Positions 1 through 9,485 of a DNA stretch of 64,000 bases are shown piece by piece; within the stretch, counting starts at the first letter, position 1; every line of letters starts with the position of its first letter. Source of the stretch: Candidatus Gottesmanbacteria bacterium (GTDB taxonomy: Bacteria > Patescibacteriota > Microgenomatia > 2-02-FULL-39-11); contig JACPKY010000002.1 in the NCBI GenBank assembly GCA_016186795.1, positions 529,044 to 593,043 on the forward strand. Direction: 5' to 3'. A model generated the notes under the pieces. The model did not search any database, was not told the origin of the DNA, and saw only the letters and a program-made list of their open reading frames with translations. The position numbers were made by a program, and so were the translations under genes.

Positions 1-2
1 GA

Positions 3-1217
3 TTGGAGTACATGTGCCAATTCACTCGCAAGTATGACTACCTCAATTGGAATCTTTTTCATTTCTTCACAAAAAGAAATATAGGAAATTCCTTTTGTTT
101 CACCCCCACAGATAAGATACATTTTCTTATATCGTGGCAGTAAATAGTGTAATCCGGCGAGGGTTGCCCAAGGAGTTGTACTTTTCAGATCATCAAAAAT
201 ATCGATTCCGGAAATAGTTCGTAAATACTCCATCCGGGCAGGAGGTTTAGGAATCGTTGGTAAAATTCCTTGCATCTGTTCGGAAGTTACACCAAATTGT
301 TCAACGACGGATCCAGCTGCTAGAATATTTTCCGGATAATGATCAAATTTATTACTCATTATAGTATCATAGATTTTTTGAACATTTTTTGTATTCTTAT
401 CTTGACTTTTAGAACTAAAATACAGCACTTTTGATTTTAATTCATTACCAAGTTCTCGAAGTTCTGGGAAATCGAAATTTAGAATGGCAATCCCTTCCGA
501 ACCCTGAAGTTTTGGAAGAGAAAACTTAAGATTTTTATATTCTTCCCACGATACCTCATCCAAGTGGTTTGGGTAAATGTTGGTAATGACAATAAATGGC
601 GGAGCCTTTGTAAATCCATCCAAGAGTTGTCGATGCGATATTTCAAGAACAAGAATATCTTCTTTCCCCAGGTGAAATAGCTTATCAACATTCTGCATCA
701 TCCAGGTATCATTTCCGGCAAGGTGCACTGGTTTTTGTGATTTTTTGAGAATTTGATAGATAAGATTTGCAACACTTCCTTTACCAACAGTCCCCGTTAC
801 TGCAATCATCTTTGCTGGAGCAAAATCAAGATACATGCGTGTTAATGAATAAAACGGTACCCCGCCTTTTTTTACCTCCCACAAGGGTGTATTTTGCCGA
901 TAGAGCCTCCATGACTGGGGAACGAAAATCGCATCTGCACTTCTAACATCACAAAGGTAATCAGTATCTAAGCGCAGTTTGACACGCGAAACGTCTTCAA
1001 GAAATTGTTTGAAGTGTCGGTCTCTCTCTCTTGATTCAACTCCCTTATGATACAATTTGTAGCTTTTCTCAAGAGAGTTTCCAGCTAAAAAATCGTGAGC
1101 AACAATTGTATCAATACCGTTTGAAAGTAAAAATCGAAGTAAGGCACTTCCTTCTGCCCCAGTTATACCAATGAGATGAATATTTTTTCCTCTGAGAGTT
1201 TGGAGTACATTATTCAT
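3..1217 (-). CDS. Mur ligase, MurD-like (divergent); runs off the window start
   Basis: Not in the ORF track. Manual translation from ATG at 1217: MNNVLQTLRGKNIHLIGITGAEGS...IAVTGTVGKGSV (P-loop)...VLEISHRQL...ITNIYPNHLDE...PARME...DDLKSTTP...LICGGETKG, the MurD motif order. Confidence 0.75.
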   Translation of the reverse strand, partial: MNNVLQTLRGKNIHLIGITGAEGSALLRFLLSNGIDTIVAHDFLAGNSLEKSYKLYHKGVESRERDRHFKQFLEDVSRVKLRLDTDYLCDVRSADAIFVPQSWRLYRQNTPLWEVKKGGVPFYSLTRMYLDFAPAKMIAVTGTVGKGSVANLIYQILKKSQKPVHLAGNDTWMMQNVDKLFHLGKEDILVLEISHRQLLDGFTKAPPFIVITNIYPNHLDEVSWEEYKNLKFSLPKLQGSEGIAILNFDFPELRELGNELKSKVLYFSSKSQDKNTKNVQKIYDTIMSNKFDHYPENILAAGSVVEQFGVTSEQMQGILPTIPKPPARMEYLRTISGIDIFDDLKSTTPWATLAGLHYLLPRYKKMYLICGGETKGISYISFCEEMKKIPIEVVILASELAHVLQ

Positions 1218-1905
1218 ACTTTTTGATCAATTTAAGACGAAAGACTCCATCGCCTTCAGACTCACGGAAATAATCCTGTCTGTAGTTAGTGTTTTTCGCT
1301 GTTTTTTCAAGCCATTTTTGATCCGCAATAGGTTTACTTCCATCGAGAATTTGGATTGTTCCCGCGTGGACTCCAAAAACTTTTGTAAGAAGCGAAGAAT
1401 GTGCATAGGTAATCTTTGAAGCACTCACCCTCGTTACAATTGCAACATGCTTACCTCCTATAAGTCGAATCATATCTCCAATCCGTATTTCGTCTGTCTT
1501 CGTAATTGGGAATGTAAAAGCGGCACTTGTGAGAGTTCGAGCATTCGTTCTATTCACCCCTCCCTCATACACTCTGGAAAGATCAAATAAAGCAGGTCCC
1601 AACTGGTCACGAATGTATTGTTCAAGCATCCTGTAGACAAAACCCGAGCAGTCGATACCAATCCGATATCGCCTTGCTAACGTCACAATATACTTCTCTG
1701 TCGGACTATTTTGGCTTTGAGAGGAATCTTCCTGAAGTTTTTTCTCAAGTTCCGCTTGTATATCAGAAGCTGTTCCCTTTCCATTTTCAAAACCGCGAAT
1801 AACAACAAACCCTCCCTTCAGTTTATTGGAAAAATACGGACAGGGAATAGTAATCCCACCCACCTTCATACGGGTATAAGAAGCAATTAAGGCATGAAAA
1901 TTCAT
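1210..1905 (-). CDS. NlpC/P60-family cysteine peptidase-like protein
   Basis: GIDCSGFV ... HVAIV ... AHSS (Cys-His-His); start moved to MNFHAL to remove overlap with the upstream gene. Confidence 0.75.
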   Translation of the reverse strand: MNFHALIASYTRMKVGGITIPCPYFSNKLKGGFVVIRGFENGKGTASDIQAELEKKLQEDSSQSQNSPTEKYIVTLARRYRIGIDCSGFVYRMLEQYIRDQLGPALFDLSRVYEGGVNRTNARTLTSAAFTFPITKTDEIRIGDMIRLIGGKHVAIVTRVSASKITYAHSSLLTKVFGVHAGTIQILDGSKPIADQKWLEKTAKNTNYRQDYFRESEGDGVFRLKLIKKYE

Positions 1906-1906
1906 A

Positions 1907-2545
1907 TTACCAAAAAACAACTGAAATACTTGCAAGCATCCCACCCAGGAGTGCTCCTCCCAAAACATCAGAGAGCCAATGTTCGCCTAAATAGATCCGA
2001 CTTATAAAGACAAGAGTGGCAAAAGAAAAAATAATAATATTTATTGTCAGTCTGTGCTTTTTCGATCGTATAAACTTTCGAGTAAGGACAAATGCGATAA
2101 CAGAAAGAAATGCTACTCGTGCCATATGTCCGGACGGGTAAGAAAAATTTGTTTGAACAATAAAACTACTGGGAAGATGAAAGCCTAATGCATACCGATT
2201 AAATAGAGTTGGAGGTGGTGGGTGAAAAATAAAAAGTTTCCCAAAAAGTTCAATCACAACAATAAGAACATAAAGGAAAATGCCAGAAAAAAATTGTCGT
2301 TTCCAAAGAAGAATTCCAATAAAAATAATTCCCACAAGAATCGTCATTACTTCTGCAGATCCAAAAAGGCTAAGATAGGAAAATGGTACATCGACAACTC
2401 TTGGGAAAATGACCTGCAAATACTGCATGCTCGATAAGTCAATTGACCGAAAAGCATCGGTTGCGACAATAAAACTTATAAGAGTATACAATCCGCCAAG
2501 AAGAAGACTTATTCCCAAAAAAACTTTTTTCTCTGATTTTTCCAT
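1907..2545 (-). CDS. PAP2-family membrane phosphatase
   Basis: K..F.HPPP, SYPSGH and SRIYLGEHWLSDV motifs; several TM helices; start at MEKSEKK. Confidence 0.9.
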   Translation of the reverse strand: MEKSEKKVFLGISLLLGGLYTLISFIVATDAFRSIDLSSMQYLQVIFPRVVDVPFSYLSLFGSAEVMTILVGIIFIGILLWKRQFFSGIFLYVLIVVIELFGKLFIFHPPPPTLFNRYALGFHLPSSFIVQTNFSYPSGHMARVAFLSVIAFVLTRKFIRSKKHRLTINIIIFSFATLVFISRIYLGEHWLSDVLGGALLGGMLASISVVFW

Positions 2546-2559
2546 ACATTTACTAGGAT

Positions 2560-3135
2560 CTACATTGACCACCGATACTTATCACCTATAACATCAACCT
2601 TGATAAATTTTCCAGGCTGAAGATAGTGAGACCTCTTATACTCCCACGTAAATGGTATGCCCTTCGTTTTGGCAGCAAGAATTAGTATTGGATCACCGTG
2701 AGAAATAGCAAGAATGCTCTCCTTGGAGTGTCTTTGTATCATCGTATGAAGAAATTTCATCATTCGAGAAGCTATTTCGTCAATGGATTCCTGTCCCTTT
2801 GCTACTAATTGTTGATTATACAATTTTGGCTGAATTTCAAGTCGATATTTGGAAAGTGGCATTCCCTGAAAAATTATCCTCACCTCGTTAAGGAGTCGAC
2901 TTGTTGAAGCTTCAATACCTAATTTACTCCCTATAATTTTTGCCGTCTGTTTTGCTCGAAGCATTGGACTACTATATATGTGGGTTATACCAAAGTTTTT
3001 GAGTTTTGTAGCTGCATTTTCAACATCTTTTATCCCTTTTTCCGAAAGGCCGAAATTCGGTAACCGGCCATAAAGGATATCTTGCGGATTGTAGACTTGC
3101 CCATGCCGCATAAAATAAAGTGTTGTTTGATTCAT
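2560..3135 (-). CDS. Histidine phosphatase family protein
   Basis: RHG, SSPMLRAKQTA, LNE and SHGD motifs. Confidence 0.9.
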   Translation of the reverse strand: MNQTTLYFMRHGQVYNPQDILYGRLPNFGLSEKGIKDVENAATKLKNFGITHIYSSPMLRAKQTAKIIGSKLGIEASTSRLLNEVRIIFQGMPLSKYRLEIQPKLYNQQLVAKGQESIDEIASRMMKFLHTMIQRHSKESILAISHGDPILILAAKTKGIPFTWEYKRSHYLQPGKFIKVDVIGDKYRWSM

Positions 3136-4337
3136 AGAAGAGTCTTATAGATTGACTGAATTTTTGCAGCCTGTTTATCCCAACAAAATGCTTGGCTTGA
3201 TTTTAATGCATTTTCTCCAAACTGAGTTCGCTTCTTACTATCCTGAAGAAGCTCCCACAATTTTTGGGCAAGATCAAGACTATCTCCGTTTTCAAAAAGT
3301 CTTCCATTGACTCCATCTTTTACAAGATATCGTAACCCTCCAACGCGGGAAGCAAGAACACATGCACCCGAGGCCATTGCTTCTAGTGCTACCAACCCGA
3401 ACGATTCATACACAGATGGCATGACCGTCACATCGGAAGCTGAGTAATAGAAAGGAAGGAGCGAATGAGGACGGCTCCCTAAAAATTTTACACAGCACTC
3501 AATTTCTTTTTTGACGATGAGCTGTTTTATTTTTTTCACTTCTGGATGTTGCCAGAAAACCTGACTTGCAATGTCACCCCCAATAAGAAGGACGCGAAAA
3601 TTCTTCTGAAAATGAGGATATTTGCCCGAAAGAATAGATACCGCTTCGATAAGAAGTTGTAAACCTTTTATTGGATCGATCCTTCCCACAAATAGAATAG
3701 TTTTCTTCGCCTTTGGAAGACCAAGTTTTGTACGTGAAAAAGACTTGTTATGAGGATGAAATACATTGTGGTTGACTCCGGGACTGACAATATGAAGTTT
3801 GCCAGGATCAGCATGATAAAATGTTTGCAAGTCATTTTTTTCAAATGGGGTAGAGGTAATGATTCCATTTGCATCTGCCGTGATTAATTTCTCATCGTGC
3901 TTTCTTCCTACCGATGAAATACCACCGTATCGTTCCTTCATAATTCCCAATGTATGAAACGTTTGAACAAATGGTATATCGAGCTTGCGAGATACTTCTA
4001 TGCCAATAAGTCCTGAATAAAAGTAGTGAGCATGAAAAATATCGTAATCAAGTTTCTTCTCGGAAATAAACTGCAACATTCGTTTGGAAAATGTCCATAC
4101 ACCTCTTCTGTGATCATTGGCCGACTCGGAGAGTAAATGAATCACACGGACATTTTTATGAATTGTGAGAATCCGTTCATCTTTCTCCCGATGAGCGCGA
4201 GTGAAAATATCAACTGGGGATCCAAGTTGTGCTAAGTTGTTTGAAAGATTGTATAGGTATACGCTCATGCCTCCTGATGAAAGCACTCCAAACCTGGTCA
4301 AAGGACAGGCCCAATACGAAATCATACCAATTTTCAT
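3132..4337 (-). CDS. GT4 glycosyltransferase, MshA-like
   Basis: CPL..G..SSGGMSVY, HAHYFYSG, QTFHTLG, VGRIDPIKG, ESFGLVALEAMASG; start at MKIGMIS. Confidence 0.85.
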   Translation of the reverse strand: MKIGMISYWACPLTRFGVLSSGGMSVYLYNLSNNLAQLGSPVDIFTRAHREKDERILTIHKNVRVIHLLSESANDHRRGVWTFSKRMLQFISEKKLDYDIFHAHYFYSGLIGIEVSRKLDIPFVQTFHTLGIMKERYGGISSVGRKHDEKLITADANGIITSTPFEKNDLQTFYHADPGKLHIVSPGVNHNVFHPHNKSFSRTKLGLPKAKKTILFVGRIDPIKGLQLLIEAVSILSGKYPHFQKNFRVLLIGGDIASQVFWQHPEVKKIKQLIVKKEIECCVKFLGSRPHSLLPFYYSASDVTVMPSVYESFGLVALEAMASGACVLASRVGGLRYLVKDGVNGRLFENGDSLDLAQKLWELLQDSKKRTQFGENALKSSQAFCWDKQAAKIQSIYKTLL

Positions 4338-4420
4338 ATATGTGGAATTCTCTCCGCTTATTGCAAGGGAGAGATAAACCATATATTATCAAAAACCAGC
4401 AAGAATAGACAATTTACCCT

Positions 4421-5116
4421 ATGTTTCTTAGCATTATCCTCCCTGCTTACAATGAAGCCGAAACCATTCCTACGCTTCTTTCGGCAATTGGGAAAATTCT
4501 CAAAAAAAGAGACTTCGAAATTGTCGTTGTTGACGACCACAGTCCTGATGGAACGTCTGAAGTATTACAACTCCATTCCCCAAATATTCCTCGAGTGCGA
4601 CTTGTCACAAATATACAAAGAATTGGACTGGCAAAATCGATTCTCAAAGGAATCAAATCGTCTAGAGGAGACTATATCCTTGTTATGGATTCCGACTTTA
4701 ACCATCATCCTCGATACATTCCAAAATTTATCTCTCTGGCAAAATCGTATGACCTCATTGTGGGATCGCGCTACATCAAAGGAGGAGGTATGTATGACCG
4801 CCCACGATTTTTTCTAAGTATGCTTTATAATCTTTTCGTTCGCCTCTTTTTAAATCTCCAAACGCATGATAATCTCAGCGGATTTTTCCTCATGGAGAAA
4901 AAAAGTATCATGGATCTCACCCCACAAGAAGTATTCCAAGGATATGGAGATTACTTCATCCGACTCTTAACGTATGCTCATCAGAAACCCCTGCGAATTT
5001 TTGAAATTCCGGTGTACTATGAAAAACGCTTCGCGGGTGAAAGTAAATCTCGCTTTTTACGAATGTTTCTTGATTATTCAAAAACTGTCCTTCAGCTTAA
5101 AAAGTCTCATTCATGA
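4421..5116 (+). CDS. GT2 polyprenol-monophosphate glycosyltransferase (DPM1-like)
   Basis: PAYNE, VVDDHSPDGT, MDSDFNHHP, GSRYIKGG. Confidence 0.9.
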   Translation: MFLSIILPAYNEAETIPTLLSAIGKILKKRDFEIVVVDDHSPDGTSEVLQLHSPNIPRVRLVTNIQRIGLAKSILKGIKSSRGDYILVMDSDFNHHPRYIPKFISLAKSYDLIVGSRYIKGGGMYDRPRFFLSMLYNLFVRLFLNLQTHDNLSGFFLMEKKSIMDLTPQEVFQGYGDYFIRLLTYAHQKPLRIFEIPVYYEKRFAGESKSRFLRMFLDYSKTVLQLKKSHS

Positions 5117-5823
5117 AAATCTTCTGTGTAATTCCAGCACTAAATGAAGAAGGAAATCTTTCAGTCTTAACAACTCAACTTGTTTACGCTTTGGAAAAGG
5201 AGGATGTATCCTACACCATTTTTTTTGTCCTTCAAGGGCATGACGGAAGTAAAACAATCTTAAATAAGCTTAGAAAAAAGAACTCTCATATCGAGTATGT
5301 CTACTACCCAAAAGCGTTAGGAATTGGACGATCCTATAGAACTGGTTTCCAAAATGTCAACAAATCTGCAACTCATATCCTAACCCTCGATGCTGATTTA
5401 AACCACAACCCCGCAGATCTGCACCGTTTCCTGACAAACATGGCAAAAACTCGATCAGATATCGTCATAGGATCACGATTCATAGAAGGGGGTCGCTTTG
5501 ATGATAAACGAGCATGGAAACGCATTATAAGTAAAGGAGTCAATTCACTCATACGAACTCTCATGGGTCTTTCTGTCCACGATGCTACATCAGGATATAG
5601 ACTGATAACGAAAAAAGTGATAGTCGATATTACAGCCAAACTTTGTGAATCTGGGTATCCATTTTATCCGGAATTTATTCTTCGTGCCCAGAAAGCCGGA
5701 TTTACCATTTCGGAAATTCCGATCACATACGCTCCGCGAATGTGGGGGAAAAGTAAAATGGGTAAAGTAAAAACGCTCTACGACTATATCAAATTCTTTC
5801 CCAAAATATTTCTCAATTTTTAA
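5113..5823 (+). CDS. GT2 polyprenol-monophosphate glycosyltransferase (DPM1-like)
   Basis: PALNE, LDADLNHNP, GSRFIEGG, DATSGYR; ATGA-coupled to the previous gene. Confidence 0.88.
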   Translation: MKIFCVIPALNEEGNLSVLTTQLVYALEKEDVSYTIFFVLQGHDGSKTILNKLRKKNSHIEYVYYPKALGIGRSYRTGFQNVNKSATHILTLDADLNHNPADLHRFLTNMAKTRSDIVIGSRFIEGGRFDDKRAWKRIISKGVNSLIRTLMGLSVHDATSGYRLITKKVIVDITAKLCESGYPFYPEFILRAQKAGFTISEIPITYAPRMWGKSKMGKVKTLYDYIKFFPKIFLNF

Positions 5824-7354
5824 TAACCCATACCAGTGGAACATTCTCTCTTGCTACTTCATACACAATAGTGCCCTTTCGCGTTTTCTCCCCGAGATAT
5901 GCAGAAAGACCATACATTGCGAAAAACGATTCTTTATTTAATATAACAGTGTAATCACTCTCCTTGTAATTTTTGCTATTCACATATCTTTGTAAATCAG
6001 GACGAAGATACATTGACGCTGAACTCTGGGCCATAACAATGTGGACTACACTATCAATCGGCGCATGAGTATTGAGCCAAGATACCGCATCTTTTTGAGG
6101 AGTACCCCAGAAATCCACATCAAACTTCCCCCATGCACCATATGTACCACCGATTATCCAATTGTAAAAACTTGTCTCATAGGGATGAAAGCGAAATACA
6201 TTGGTACCAAGTATCACAAAAACCAAAAGCCATACACATATCAAGACACGACGATTCAATCGAAGATACTTCAAAACTTCGGAAATTCCGATTCCGGAAA
6301 GGGCACTTAATGGGTAGATAACTTCCATGAAGTGCCGCACTCCGTCAATTGCACTGGTTTTTGGGAGAAAATACCTGACAAGAGGAATGAAAAACCACAT
6401 AAGTATGAGGCTATAGATGTGATTTTTGCCAAAAAAACGCTTCAAGCTGACTACGAGGCCTACAAAAAATGCTGCAAGAATAGGTATAGGGGTCGTGATT
6501 ACTAAATACACAAATGGGTAATACCAAGGGATATTAACACCAGAGTAGATGATTTCCCTATTAAAAAGAACCGGCATATTCAAAGTATTTCGCGAATAAA
6601 AGGTAGGAAGCTCAAGGAGTTTACCCAAAGGGTCCCGCCAGAATGGCCACCAGAGGATAAGAGCAAAGACCGGTGCAAGGATAAAATAAAGAAGAATACG
6701 CTTGTTTCTAAAGGATAACACCTCATTTTTTTTGGAAATGATAAGCCAAAAGAAGCATACAACTGGAATAAATATGGAATTTATTTTCGTGTTAAATGCA
6801 ACAGCAAACGAAATTGAGGCAATGAAAAGATTTCTAAGCGTATTGATATGTACCAGTTTCCAAAAAAGAAATACTCCCAGAGTAAAAAAGAATGCATTGG
6901 GTACATCCTTCATGTTTGTATGCAGGTAGCCAAAATGCATAGGAAGAAGGGCCAAAAAAAGTGAGCCGAAAAACGCTGCCACAACTCCAATCCATTCATA
7001 AAGCATGAGATATAGGAGACCGACCCCCAAAGATCCAATCAAAATCATCGGGAGGTTATAGGCGATATCAAATGGAAGAATATGTAATTTTTCATAGAAA
7101 AGTACTTGAGAAAGGGAAGGGATAATTTGAGTAAATGGCCCAAATGGATCTTCTACGGTTAATCGTGGATCTGGTGGAGAAAAAGGAACAGGTGCTGGAC
7201 TTCCAATCGATGGAACTGATATCCCAAGATGATACAAACCCGCATAGTGATGATAGTGATAGTCCCAGGATATCCCGTAGTGAGATGAGACAATGAGATG
7301 GAGGAAAAAATACACTACCGTCAAACCTATAGCATATCGCCATTTAGTAGACAT
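5813..7354 (-). CDS. GT-C fold membrane glycosyltransferase (PMT/ArnT-like)
   Basis: Polytopic membrane protein with ISWD after TM1, NMKDVP, DGVRH and DFWG motifs. Confidence 0.7.
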   Translation of the reverse strand: MSTKWRYAIGLTVVYFFLHLIVSSHYGISWDYHYHHYAGLYHLGISVPSIGSPAPVPFSPPDPRLTVEDPFGPFTQIIPSLSQVLFYEKLHILPFDIAYNLPMILIGSLGVGLLYLMLYEWIGVVAAFFGSLFLALLPMHFGYLHTNMKDVPNAFFFTLGVFLFWKLVHINTLRNLFIASISFAVAFNTKINSIFIPVVCFFWLIISKKNEVLSFRNKRILLYFILAPVFALILWWPFWRDPLGKLLELPTFYSRNTLNMPVLFNREIIYSGVNIPWYYPFVYLVITTPIPILAAFFVGLVVSLKRFFGKNHIYSLILMWFFIPLVRYFLPKTSAIDGVRHFMEVIYPLSALSGIGISEVLKYLRLNRRVLICVWLLVFVILGTNVFRFHPYETSFYNWIIGGTYGAWGKFDVDFWGTPQKDAVSWLNTHAPIDSVVHIVMAQSSASMYLRPDLQRYVNSKNYKESDYTVILNKESFFAMYGLSAYLGEKTRKGTIVYEVARENVPLVWVIKN

Positions 7355-9485
7355 ACCGTTTATACCTCCGATAAAAAATATATGTTATTCCAATCGACAC
7401 AACGCTTATGACCCCCCCAACATAATAAATAGTTGGCTCATAGTATATCTCAACCGTATGTTTTCCTTTCTCAACAAAAAATGATCGAAATGCGACATTC
7501 CCCTGATAAAGTTTTCCTTTTTTTCCATCAATTTGCACATTCCATCCGGGATAGAAAGGCTCACTTGATGAAACAAAACTGTCACAAATTGCATCAACTG
7601 CTAAATAAATCCTATTTATTCCATACGATTTGATTTCTAGTGAGTTTTTTTGAGAAGCATTGCAGTTTGGAAGACTTTCATATGCTGATGTATTATCCGT
7701 TCGTAAAAGCAATACTTCTTTTTCCAGATCCACAATTCCGAGACGAAGTGCCGTTTTGAGAGGTTCAGAATTCCCAAAAAATTGGATTTTATCTACAAAA
7801 AAATACCGGGGGAGAAATTTTTTAGCTTCGTACAATCTGAATCGATCTCCTTCTAAACGCTTTATAAAATTTTCAGAGGATTTAATCTGATCATTCATTT
7901 TATCCGCAAGAATATAACGGATATTTAGAAACGGAATATAGGCAGAGTAAGGGTTCATTGGGGGAATTTCAACGTTAAAATTTGGAAGTGACGACGAGGG
8001 AGATTTATTGACAAGATCAATAAATTGATAGTATGAATCTAATAGAATTGGATTATATCCACTTGTTGAATGAATTTTCAAAAATTGCGCCGCTTCAAAA
8101 TCCCAATCTTGCCGAACATGTGAAGTAACAGGATAATCCGGAAGAACACGATAGAGACTTCTATCATCTCGTATCGCTTGTAGGAGATGTTGGTCAAAAC
8201 GCGTATCTGGAACTTCTTCTAACCGAAGAAACTGATTTCCGTAGTGAAAAAGTTCAACTGTCGCAACGAAAATAATAATAATCTTGAGAATTTTCTTCTT
8301 GATCGCAAAAAGACTGATACCAGAAAGAAGAGAAAGAAGCAAAACAACAGGAATAAGATATTGAGAAGGAAAACGGAAAAGGCGAAACGGCGGGAATGTA
8401 GAAAAGAAAAAGGGATGGAGAAAAAAATTTTTCCCGAGCGAAAGTAAGAGAAAAAGAATAATTGCGCCGAGAATGAAAAAAAACCATTCATCAACTCTCT
8501 TTCTCCGAAATACATCTTGTAGAGTCTTTAGAATAAGAGTTAAAAAAAGAATTATAGGGACAATTCCTACATAAAAAGAAAGCTCAAAAAAATTTGGACC
8601 AGGACCGACATAGGAGTATTGTTCCGGAAATGGGTTTCCGTACCAAAACGGCTCGAGAAATAGCCGAAGCATGGGAAGAGTATATGAACCCCAGGTTGCC
8701 AACTCATAGGCAAGTCCCTCTGCGCGAATAGAACTGCCTATAAACTCCAGTGTCGGTACATATTGGATTGCAGAAATTCCAAATGAAAATAGAATAAGTG
8801 TTGCCAGTATGAGTAATTCAGAGTGGAATAATTGGAGCTTCTTCTTTTGAATCGAATAAGAAAGAATCCTAACAAAAAAATAGAAAAGAAGAAGGCAAAC
8901 TGTTGTCAGTACGACGAACTGATACCCGGCAAGTATCTGAAATGTCAGGGCAAATACTGCCAGAACCCAATACTTACTCTGTTTGGTACGAATCGCTTCT
9001 ACTGCCGCTCCGAAGACTAATGGCATCCAAATAACGGTTGAGATAATATCGATATGTCCCGCATATATACGAGCTGCCATAAATCCCGAAAAAGCAAATA
9101 TGATGCCGGAAAGATACGCTGAATAGATATCAGTAAACTTCCGCATGGACCAAAAGGCAAAAAATCCTGCAAGAACAATATGAATGTATAGATACATGGA
9201 AAATGCCAAGGGTAGAGGAAAAAGCAGAAAAATAACTGTGAAGGGGTAAAAAGGAGCGGTAGACGGATGTGCGAGAAAGGGCGTCCCAGAAAATGAATAT
9301 GGATTCCAGAATGGAATTATTCCCTGCTTTACGTTTTCTACAAAATATGATTTCCAGAAGTAAAACTGGTCCTGAATATCTCCTCCGAAGATTAAGTAGT
9401 TGGAAGGAGGAAAGAGTGTTTTGCCAAAAAAAATGACCCCCAGAAGAATAAATATAAAAAGTGGAAGAAACTTTTTCAGGATCAT
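7344..9485 (-). CDS. YfhO-family membrane protein (GT-C-like)
   Basis: PFWNPYSFSGTPF, FRFPSQ, GYNP and C-terminal YPGW.V.IDGK...GKHTVEIYYEP motifs. Confidence 0.85.
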   Translation of the reverse strand: MILKKFLPLFIFILLGVIFFGKTLFPPSNYLIFGGDIQDQFYFWKSYFVENVKQGIIPFWNPYSFSGTPFLAHPSTAPFYPFTVIFLLFPLPLAFSMYLYIHIVLAGFFAFWSMRKFTDIYSAYLSGIIFAFSGFMAARIYAGHIDIISTVIWMPLVFGAAVEAIRTKQSKYWVLAVFALTFQILAGYQFVVLTTVCLLLFYFFVRILSYSIQKKKLQLFHSELLILATLILFSFGISAIQYVPTLEFIGSSIRAEGLAYELATWGSYTLPMLRLFLEPFWYGNPFPEQYSYVGPGPNFFELSFYVGIVPIILFLTLILKTLQDVFRRKRVDEWFFFILGAIILFLLLSLGKNFFLHPFFFSTFPPFRLFRFPSQYLIPVVLLLSLLSGISLFAIKKKILKIIIIFVATVELFHYGNQFLRLEEVPDTRFDQHLLQAIRDDRSLYRVLPDYPVTSHVRQDWDFEAAQFLKIHSTSGYNPILLDSYYQFIDLVNKSPSSSLPNFNVEIPPMNPYSAYIPFLNIRYILADKMNDQIKSSENFIKRLEGDRFRLYEAKKFLPRYFFVDKIQFFGNSEPLKTALRLGIVDLEKEVLLLRTDNTSAYESLPNCNASQKNSLEIKSYGINRIYLAVDAICDSFVSSSEPFYPGWNVQIDGKKGKLYQGNVAFRSFFVEKGKHTVEIYYEPTIYYVGGVISVVSIGITYIFYRRYKRYVY

